Assembly: GCA_903813345.2 (NCBI GenBank)
Contig: CAIIXF020000001.1
Coordinates: 17,546,001 to 17,610,000 of the forward strand
Length of the DNA: 64,000 nucleotides
Source: Owenia fusiformis
Taxonomy: Eukaryota
Direction: 5' to 3'
Below are positions 22,431 to 39,300 of this stretch, one piece after another. Within the stretch, counting starts at the first letter, position 1. Each line of letters begins with the position of its first letter. The translations under genes and the position numbers were made by a program. The notes under the pieces are model-generated. The model was not told the origin of the DNA and did not search any database. It saw nothing but the letters and a program-made list of their open reading frames with translations.

Positions 22431-25352
22431 ATATACATGTAGTTTTACATCTAGACTATCAGATTAACCCGGAAGTGACCTTGCTAGGCAAAATGAGAAA
22501 ATTTTAAAATTTAACAGCGTGCTTATATTTCTTCAATTACCAAGCGTTTTACGTGCCTAAGGTAAGATTAAATACTTTATAGTTGAAGCAAAGAAATTAA
22601 TTTATCATTTGTGTGAATTTGGTTGGGTAGACATGCCAGGAAAGCAATTCGCGCAATATAGAAGCGCTAGTGTTTATGACCCTCGTATGCAAGAAAATAA
22701 GAAAAATAAATATCCAAATCAGAAAAAATAACAACAAATAACATCATACGAGGGTCAGATTTATATGACTAAATTGAGGGATGCAGAAAATTTCCCATCA
22801 TGCACCCTGACCTTAATTGTATTTCATGCCAGACAGGCTCAGTACGCAATGAACAAAACTGCTAAATTGTATTTATAGTCTGCTTATTGATCTATTGATT
22901 CATAAAGACCTGAAATGATGCATTCAAATAAGACCGCCTCCAAAATGAAAATACTACACATAAAATGGTGAAAAACAACGAACTAAAGTTGAAAGATTGC
23001 GACGTTCGCTACTTTGTTCAATTCCGGAAATCTCCAAGGGGCTGCAAATGGGAATTTTTTTAGATTTAGATTTCATAACCTCAGAATACTGCCATCAGTG
23101 TCGTGTTTGGTTGAGTTCCACAATGTAACCTAACAGGATGGATGGCATAGAATAAACTGGTAAGTAGACACATGGTAACATTTCTTTATTTCGTTATTTT
23201 AACCTTATGAACTGGTCACCAGAATAAGCGTTTCGATTCTATAAATCTAATTTTTTTTATAACCGAGACCGGTTCAAATTTCAAAACTAATAAGTGAATA
23301 TCTGTAACAGCTAAACTTTAAAACTCATAAAACTTTTGTCAACATAGAAAAATATACCAGTGCATTGTGTTGTAGTATTTGTAATATTACTGTAAGATGC
23401 ATAATCGAGAAATCTTACCTTTTCCAAATAATATTGTAAAAAATAATACCACCTGGAAAAAATGGCGACCAAAAGGACAGATGATACACGATCTTTGATT
23501 GGTTCATATTTCCACTGGACGACAAAGCTAAGGTTTCGACAATAATGCTTTTTTGCTTTTTGATCATTTTATCGGTGATTCTTGTGGTATTCCCTATACC
23601 GGTGAAAGAAATTATAGGATTTAAATCAATATATATGCATCATATACATTAAATCTTGATATTATCAGGGCAAGTCTTGTTTTCCCGGGACAGAGTTCGT
23701 CGACGTGGACAAAAAGTGTAAAAAGATATTTGATTGGTCTTAATTTCTTATTTCGTTTAGTGTACAGCATTAAAGTCCCGGGTACGTTCTTCAACACAGT
23801 TCATTTTACTATACACTATATTTATATCTACATTTAACATCACCATGGATGCTGACAATTACAATAAGCAAAAAAATATGCCAACTCTATCGAACTATTA
23901 TATACAAATTATAGATTTGAAAGATAATTCACACAATAGGCAGGGTATATCAGATTCCAGTCAATCCGAATAAATGTGGGGTCGAATTGCCGAACCCCCC
24001 CCATATGGCTATGGGCCTGTTCCTTTGGTGATTTTGTATCTTTAAGATAATTTTGTTGGTAATATTTGACACTGTGAGTAAAGAGTTTAGCCATTGTTCC
24101 TTTCAGGCATTGTTTCCTAAAATTAACACTCGACACTCTGCATCTCATAGCAGCACTTTCAAGTCCACATTGTATCACCACATATTTACCCATCTACTTA
24201 CCAAAGAAGAAGTCCCAAATCCCCCTCTTTCAGTGTTAATTTTGCGATTGTGCCGGCCGATCTAATTATTTTCGAAGAAATTGATTCAATCTGAAGTTTG
24301 AATATACCAGGAGAGTCCTCCTGTTATCTGATTGGTCGTTGAATTTGTTTATCATGAACCTGATTGGCTGCCTGGTTCAAGGCGCTGGTGTGACTCAATG
24401 GGGATTCCCCTCGCTAGCCGAGGGTTAGATTGTGTTTAATTCTGGAGTTTGGTTGTTCTGATGATTATTTCCGATATTTCGGCAATAATATACCCAAAAG
24501 TTATTCTAAAGATATATCCATGGTATGTGAGATATTATATGAGAAATAACAATAGGACATCATTGATTGTCTGGGGGAGAAACCTATGGTATAATGCATC
24601 TTTAAAATATTATCAGAAAAAGTTGTCTTTTTTATGAAAATTAGGCAGATACCTTTCTGGTTCGTGTCTAGTTAAAGGTGTATGCAAATGACAACTACTG
24701 ACATGGAAACTATTCGCTGATATATGAATACTGGAGAGGAAATATGATTTGCCCATTTATTTCTCATAGGACAAATCTCATACATGCGGTATTTATGTAT
24801 AAAAAAAGTAAACACAACAAAAATATAATCTTTAGTTCTATTTCAACACATATTATTTCATATAAAATGTATTCCACGCTGTTTGGCATTTCTTTGAAGG
24901 AAGGTACATCAACAAGAAAATCCTTTTTAAAGGCTGATGGTTTATTCAAATTATTCTGAAAGTTGTGGTTAATGAGGCATTTGAGAAAACAATTCTCATG
25001 TATGATGCAATTATTTTTTGAAATCATGTTCCACCTGTTTCAAACACTTCAGTACTTTTCTACTTGAGTATGCCAACATCATTCCTGTCAGTAAACCTCA
25101 ACCATAGTTACATTATCTCAGATGTTAACAGCATTACTGCACTGTCATAAGGTCAATAATTGGCATTGGAATAAATGCCCACATTGGTCAAGGCAATTCC
25201 TTTTAAGTTACTTTCAAAGAGATATCCATATAAAGTATATTGAGGAACTCTGGTAAAAGCATGTATCCACAATTGATTTTGGTAGATCCATAATTCTGTA
25301 GATAAACAAATATCCACTATTGTTATTGTCCATGTATCTTATGTTGTACTAG

Positions 25353-31661
<6,309 letters not shown>

Positions 31662-31785
31662 TTTCTAATTATGTATATACTCAGTACAGTAAAATAATAA
31701 ATTTTAACTTGTTTCTGGGAGTAAGAATAGGTTAAAATAACAAAATAAAATAAAATTTGTCATTTGCTTTTCCTTTTTTTGGGTA

Positions 31786-31795
31786 TACTTCCGGT
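31786..31795 (-). promoter_or_regulatory. ETS-type motif (ACCGGAAGT) about 130 nt upstream of the COPS5 ATG
   Basis: tacttccggt on the plus strand. This is a typical housekeeping promoter motif; function is inferred. Confidence 0.3.
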
Positions 31796-32233
31796 TTGCA
31801 CTGAACGAAAACCAACTACAGACTGAGATTTACCCCGGTAACTTGATCAGAGAGTGACCGGAACGAATGGCGTGGCGTAATGGCTCCATCCGCATCGTGA
31901 GATATCACAGACTCCTATCAGTTTCATTCTTTGCATGGCAGAGATGGTCTGAGTATCAGATTGTGATGGCCTAACGCAATGTCATAATCTTACTTGCACA
32001 AAGCTATCTCCTCAGTGCCGAGAGATAGCCATCTATCTAAAGATTGCTGTGTGCAAATATAGTAATCATAATCGTCTCCGAGTAGGCTTAGTAATTTCCC
32101 GCAGTAATTTTTAAGCAACCCCGTCCGAGGAAGGGGGGGGGGGGTCAACGCTTTGCAAGGGTAACTAAGACGCTGGGGCAATCCATCTGTACGCCGCCCC
32201 CCTCCCCCTCCTGGCCAGAAATTCTCTCAAAAT

Positions 32234-32864
32234 TGTTACGCAGTATATGGCATACATTCATGGTTGCGCGGTATTCGTGATACGGGTGAATATGCCATAC
32301 TCACCTGCGGTATATGGCATATTCCGCAGGTGAGTATGCGATATTCCGCAGTGAATATGCGATACATTGATTTCAGTGAATACCCGATACTCACCTGCAG
32401 AATATGTCATACTCACTTGCGGAATATGCCATATACTGCAGGTGAATATGACATATACCACAGGTGAAAACGTAATACAGAAAGCCTTGATTTGATTGGC
32501 TGCGAAAATCGACTCTAAATGTAAAACTACGCTGGATTACCAATATAGTCAGTGCGTCGAGAACTAATATATGAATCCTGGTTTGATTGAGAAAGTTTAT
32601 TACGCGAGATTGGTGACTGATACTTCTGCTAAGTTAATATATTCGATACACAGTACTGTTGATTCAGTAATCATTATAATAATTTACAACGTTTTACTTG
32701 TTCGTTCAATCGATGTAATTGACAATTGCGTACTTCCGTATCGCGTTCTCATTGGTTAGTATGTATGCCATATACCGCAGGTGAATCTGTCATACACCGC
32801 AAGTGAATATGCCATATTCGTTGCGGAATATGACATATTTTTGTATCGTGTTTACCGCGTAACA
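32234..32864. mobile_element. TGT...ACA element of about 630 bp, copy 1
   Basis: TGTTACGC(A/G)GTA...TACCGCGTAACA termini; 5-bp TSD aaaat; internal short palindromic repeats (atactcacctgcgg / ccgcaggtga). Confidence 0.85.
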
Positions 32865-32987
32865 AAAATCATGCAGTTTTTCACAATTCTGAGCACTTTT
32901 TAATTTTTGCCAAAACTGTCAAAAAGCTCCCTCCCCTCGGTAAAACGGCTCCCCTCGGTAAATCCTGGCTATTGGCCTGGTGAATAT

Positions 32988-33611
32988 TGTTACGCGGTAT
33001 ATGGCATACATTCATGGTTGCGCGGTATTTGTGATACGGGTGAATACTCACCTGCGGTATATGGCATATTCCGCAGGTGAGTATGCGATATTCCGCAGTG
33101 AATATGCGATACATTGATTTCAGTGAATACCCGATACTCACCTGCGGAATATGTCATACTCACTTGCGGAATATGCCATATACCGCAGGTGAATATGACA
33201 TATACCGCAGGTGAAAACGTGATACAGAAAGCCTTGATTTGATTGGTTTCGAGAATCGTCTCTAAATGCAAAACTACGCTGGATTACCAATATAGTTAGT
33301 GCGTCGAGTACTAATATATGAATCCTGGATTGATTGAGTAAGTTTATTACGCGAGATTGGTGACTGCTACTTCTGCTAAGTTAATATATTCGATACACAG
33401 TACTGTTGATTCAGTAATCATTATAATAATTTATAACGTTTTATTTGTTCGTTTAATCGATGCAATTGACAATTGCGTACTTCCGTATCACGTTCTCATT
33501 GGTTAGTGTGTATGCCATATACCGCAGGTGAATCTGTCATACACCGCAAGTGAATATGCCATATTCGTTGCGGAATATGACATATTTTTGTATCGTGTTT
33601 ACCGCGTAACA
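32988..33611. mobile_element. TGT...ACA element of about 625 bp, copy 2
   Basis: Highly similar to copy 1, with its own 5-bp TSD aatat. Confidence 0.85.
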
Positions 33612-34481
33612 AATATAACCTGTTGACACCGAAGGTAAAATTGCAAATCTCCAATTCTAAACACGAAACTAAAGCTGATAGGGTATCTGAAGTAGACTAA
33701 GTAGCGCTTGTTTTGTATGCGCGCACACATTACTGTTTTCAGCATATTTCAAATGAAATGACATCTGGATGTATTAGGTCTTTTTTATATTTAGAATTTT
33801 GTCCGCTGCTGACGAAGCAGTTTCAAATGTGAAACATATTTATTACATTTCATCTCTCAGAATACTTGTCATAATTTTAGAAGGAGCTTTGACACTCAAA
33901 CGTTCGCTCCTCTAAAGTGTTTTTGCAAGTTATATATATATATTATAAATTTTAAATTCTTAATGTATTCACACAGCGGACAGCAATTTAAACATCATTT
34001 TTATAAAAAAAAATTAAAAAAGAAAAGCAATAGATCTTATTAATACCTCCAGGGTTATGCTGAAAGCATATGTAAATATTTTTGTATCATTACACGCGCA
34101 TAGTGCCATTAAAAAGTTAAACGAGAATTGATAATTTTTAGAGTATGATTATACCCTTAATACGCCTAGCGTTATAGGACTTCAAGCAGAAGTAAAGGTT
34201 ACAAGCAGATATATCCATTACATGAAGTAGGAAATTTTCGTATACCGAAACCAACGTGTGAGTTCAAAAATAAATTGTAATTTTATTAATAACTTTTTTA
34301 TGGAGAATAGCATGCAAGCGGACAAATCTTTCAAACAGTGAAGCAGATTTTTGCCGGATTTTTGGCAAGATATAAAGATGGCAGCAGGATAATCCTAGTG
34401 ATCCAATTATGAATAAACACAGTTCGATTACCATGCCATCTTTATCACTGTGTTTATTTAAAAATAATTTTAACATGTTTT

Positions 34482-34894
34482 AACACGCGGTCCTAACTTC
34501 GACCGTTAATTTGAATTTTTGACCTACCAGGTGCTTGAAAATCAAGGATTGCGAGTCTCATACTGCACCGTTCTTCTTCAAACTTATACCATTAAAAGCA
34601 GAACAAAATTGCCTTTCTGTAGGTGCATTACTTTATTGTAAAAAGTCCCTCGTTCTAGCAGCGTTTTGGTCCCCAGCTGTTAGAAGGCCTTCTTACAGCT
34701 GGGGACCAAAATGCCGCTGGAAGTAGGGACTCTGTTGAAGAGAATTATGTACCATCAGAAAGGAATTTGTGTTATGCTTTGAATGGAACAAGTTTGAAGA
34801 AAAACGGTGCAGTATGAGACTCGTAATTCTTGATTTTCAAACATCCGGTAGGTCAAAAAATACAAATTAACGGTCGAAGTTAGGACCGCGTGTT
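34482..34894. mobile_element. Foldback/MITE palindrome of about 410 bp
   Basis: aacacgcggtcctaacttcgaccgttaatttg is inverted at 34863-34894, with symmetry continuing to a centre near 34688. Confidence 0.85.
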
Positions 34895-36362
34895 TAACAG
34901 ATTAGGATTACCTAGGAAGTTTGGTTAAATCCCGGGGATCTAAGTAGGATATCCCAAAACCCTTTTTCAATACTAGTAGGAAGTCCTATTTAATTTAACC
35001 AATTCAAATCAGAAAAGCAACAGCTATTCCATGTGTTTATGAGGCACTTGTAAAAGAAACTGAACTTCCACTCCAGGTTACAAGCACTTACCCAAATGTT
35101 TGTCATTATAAAAATAAACTAAATTAAACGGTTTCATGATGAATTGGCCATATTTCACAAATGTGTAACCAATTTGTTGTGGACGCCGAACGAGGGCTCC
35201 GGCGCCGATTAGCGATGAAATAACAAAATGCAGTGGTTTATGTATCACTTTATTTCGAACACTACAAGTCACACTGCCGATATACTTAAGGTACAATTCA
35301 GTAAAGTAAAACAAAACAGTATTATGAAACAAGTGGATTTATTCAGAATCGATCCTTCTGGATGTACCAATATGCATCTTTTCTTTCGCTATGATCACAG
35401 GCCCAGGAAGAAGATTTAACCTCCCCCCCCAGTCACTGTACAATGTAAAAAAAATACAGGCCTGTCTTTTTTTAAGTAATATATAGTGAGTGGAAGGGGG
35501 TTGGACTCTTGTCCCCGTGCCTGTGGCTATGATAATTTAAAAATGATCATGGAAACAGAGTGGGTGAAGTATGATACATAGTACTCGATCTTATACATCT
35601 GAGTATCATTCCCGGGGTATCATTGGGGTGTTAAAACATACTAGGTGATTGCTGCATGCGCCCTGCATTTTCTTGCTTTGACTACATTTGTAACATGGCT
35701 GTCAGGAGATTTATTCCTTCATACACCAACCTTACAAGTAGTCAGGTTTTGAATACAGTCACTAAATTGGCTAAATTATAACCTGATAACAAGTTAAGAA
35801 AATAAAGTTTTTCTTTAAAAGTTCAAAAATTCAGTAAAAATTAAATTTTATCTCTTTAAATCTAAAACAAGGATGGCATGTCTTTGATTTGCTCAATTCA
35901 ATAGATATTACTATCTTATTGAAAATATCAGTCTGAGGGAAATAGCTCTATGGCAAATAATAGTCTATAACAGTACTTTTTCAGATGTCAGGAAACATAT
36001 AAGTATCACTTTCACAGCTAGAATTTCCACCAGTTTAGTTACAGCTTTACATAAGAACATACGTCCGGGATTGATATTTACAATAAGTCCATAGTCCATA
36101 TTATCAAGTGAGTGCTCTACCAAGTGCGGTAGTATTTCAGCAGTACCACAGTTGGTACCATAAAAGTCCAACATACACCAATGGGACATCGAGAGGTAAC
36201 GCATCACATGAGGAATGGGGTTCTAATGAGTTCAGTCTAGGTAAACACAGGGCCTTTCGCCTCTGAGGCCACGCACATTGTTCAATATTGGTTTACATGG
36301 GATTTCTAAATTTGGCATTTGGCCTGCTATGTTCAGTTTAAGATTGAAAATAGATATTTCAA

Positions 36363-39300
36363 TTAAATAAAGTTGGCAGTGATAAGTATCAATGAAACTA
36401 GCAATGAGACTGATGTAGATATTGAAGCTGCGCCATCTGTAGATTCTTGAGTAGTGTTTTCAGCACTACCACTTGCATGATCGTGATCATGATCGTGGTC
36501 GTGAGAATTTCCTTCGTGATGATCGTGAGAATGGCTGTCGCATGTCTTATGAAACCAAGTGTGGTGCAAGTGTTGCAAATGACCATTGTCCTTTAGGGAT
36601 TGTATGGCTTCATTGAAATGTAACACGTGTCGAGAGTTTTTGGGAAAGGCAAGAGCATATCGTCCGAAATTTCCACCTGGGAACTCTATCTCTGTCAGAT
36701 CGCAAGGTTCCTGATGGGCGTAGTATTCAGCGGAAGGAGATTCTACAATAAATGCATAATTGCCTTGTCTGACTTTACGCAGACCGTCAGCAGTAGAACT
36801 GACGTAAGCATCATCGGAATTCAAACGCATCCATCTGGCTGCTTCCTGCACAGTTCTATCATCACTCGATTCTATGTATTTGTCGACACTGCCACCTCGG
36901 ATAGAACCGTACTTAATACCGTCTTCTGCTTGGTTGACGAGGTCTGCAAATGTCTTGATATCTATTTCACCGTTGGATGGTTTCTTTATGAGAATTGCAA
37001 GGCCGAATTCCATGAATGGATCAGAAAAAACAACAGCATTTCCACGCATTGGTGTTACTGTCAGATCTGCAATAGCGATATCAGCATCCTGAAACAATCA
37101 CATTTAATTATATTTAGTTAGTAGATCACTGGTTTATTTTATCTAGCTAGCTTGTATTTGCCAATGCAACTATCGGCTGCCGGCTACCAGGTTAACCCAC
37201 CATTAGCCGGCACCCGAAAGTTGCAATCGCGAATACAAGCCCCGGGATACTAGCTAAATAATCAAATCAAAATTGGTCGTGTTGAGCTTTCACTTCGGAA
37301 CTTGCCGATATTCTTTAAAGGCCCACTTTGCGTATTTTCAATGTTTTTGGGCAAAATAAAGACTTACATTTGAATTTCATAGTATATCCAATGTATTGAT
37401 AAGAACCTGATCTTTCATTTGACACCAACAGCAGCTCAAACAAACCACATCAAAGCTTACAATAAATTATCAAAATATATTTTCTATCTGTCAATATTTA
37501 GTTAGTAGATCACTGGTTTATTTTATCTAGTAAGCTTGTATTTGCGAATGCAACTATCGGCAGTCGGCTACCAGGTTAACCTACTATTAGCCGGCATCCG
37601 AAAGCTGCATTCGCGAATACAAAACCTGGGGATACTAGCAAAGTAATCAAATTAAAATTGGTCGTGTGGAGCTTTCACTTCGGAACTTGCCGATTGTCTT
37701 TAAAGGCCCACTTTGCGTATTTTCAATGTTTTTTGGCAAAATAAAGACTTACATTTGAATTTCATAGTATATCCAATGTATTGATAAGAACCTGATCTTT
37801 CATTTGACACCAACAACAGCTCAAACGAACCACATCAAAGCTTACAATAAAAATTATCAAAATATATTTTCGATCTGTCAAGCTTTATGTATCAAGTTTT
37901 TATCAATGTCATTGAAAGATGGCGAAGTTTTTTGTTAACATGATTTTTATAGAAGTGTCGCCATCTTTTAAATCAACAGCAATATAAAACAAGCACTTTA
38001 CTTAACATGTGCATGCACTTCTAATGATGAAATTCTTTATGCTATGTGAGTTATTTTTTAGAAAATAAAACTCTGTGTCATATTTGAGCGAGTGTGTGTG
38101 TAAAATGTTTCAAGGGTTATTTTTTTCCTTTATTCTTCTAAATTAAGTATAGATGGCCTTTAAGTTAATAATATCACAAAACAAGAAGATGTCAGCCTCC
38201 TAATCTTTTATTATTGTTATAAAGGTAAACTAAATATATTAAACAGCACAGACATCGTCAGGAATGTTCCTTTAACAAAAATGCCCATATTGTAGTCAAA
38301 CAGACTGTCAAACGGGTGTTTAAATTCCGATGTGTGCTGCAAAATCTTATCTTTTTTTATGATCATAGAGCCTTACCTCATTGACGAGCTGCCCTATCAA
38401 ACCATTCCAGCGGTCATTCTCTAGGTATCCATACTTGCCATCAGGAGACTCAGTGATGCTGTACCTAAATTCACCCATGACGTGTTGCAGCTCTTTGATT
38501 AAGTCAATGACGTATCCGGACTCCTTATTAGACACAACTGAGTAAAAGGGTTGACTCTATAAAAAATTTAATATAAACTACATGTGTATCAATTCGATTT
38601 CAATATTTAAGGATTTAAATGAAAAAGATACGAAATCACTAAAACAGCATATCTTCAGTGGAACTTGCAAGGGTAAAATTGGCAAAGCATCAATTTCAAC
38701 ATCAAGAATCAAGTTGTCACCTTGACAACCATTCAACGAATGACCTTGGGTGAGTTATTGGTTGTATAATACATTGCAAATTATATTAAATACTGTGTTC
38801 GGATTCGTGGCTAGAACTCTGGTTAAACTGCAGGTTAAACTGAGCCCAACAAGCCCTTGAAGTCTAACATGTAAGAAAAGAGGCTGAACAAGTGCATTGG
38901 GCTAAATACGGCAAACATTTTAGAAGAAGAAGCTGAATTTCACTCAGAAACCTATAGAAATGTATCTATTATCATTTGAATCATGATAGTTTGAATTCAA
39001 ATTAAATTGTTAATCGAGGAGGAAACTGAATTCTTGAATCACACCTGCATGATTCACTCACATCTATTGTAGTTATCCTGAAGTTTTCATCCGAATGGTC
39101 GTGACCCTCGTGACCTTCATCATGATCTCCGTGATCATGCGCATGATCGTGATCGCCATGGTCACCGTGGTCTTGGGCTGAAATGCACATATGACGCTTT
39201 AATGGAATATTATTTAACCAAAGTTCAATACTCAAATAATCTATTTCAGACATGATCAAAATAAAGTGAATTCAAAATCAAGGAAAAAGTAGACACAAAT

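Larger units (their letters stand above)
21099..22812. mobile_element. TTAA-flanked element with long TIRs and nested insertions
   Basis: TTAA|GGTCAGGGTGCATGATGG...CCATCATGCACCCTGACC|TTAA; the arms continue as 21481-21740 versus 22530-22770. Confidence 0.75.
20760..23242. repeat. Inverted repeat pair of about 140 bp (20760-20900 and 23100-23242) upstream of the STT3A ATG exon
   Basis: cgcttattctggtgaccagttcata...aaatgttaccatgtgtctacttaccagttt...aggttacattgtggaac is inverted at 23114-23240. Confidence 0.8.

Noticed and set aside
31860-32060. Possible structured ncRNA upstream of COPS5 (hairpin gctatctc...gagatagc)
   Set aside because: A single short hairpin with no recognisable snRNA or snoRNA boxes; an Rfam/Infernal search would be needed.
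32234-33611. TRIM or mini LTR retrotransposon made of two LTRs plus a short internal region
   Set aside because: Each copy has its own TSD and the outer flanks differ (aaaat versus aatat); no PBS or PPT is evident in the spacer. The ORFs here are repeat-derived.
36363-37097. LBD gene as a pseudogene or a fragment of a full iGluR with missed TM exons
   Set aside because: S1 and S2 are contiguous within one exon, the ORF is intact, and it has its own signal-peptide exon and C-terminal anchor. I found no pore-like (SYTANLAAF-type) exon nearby.
36627-37121. Plus-strand ORFs of 164 aa and 72 aa
   Set aside because: Antisense shadows of the LBD exon with no recognisable motifs.
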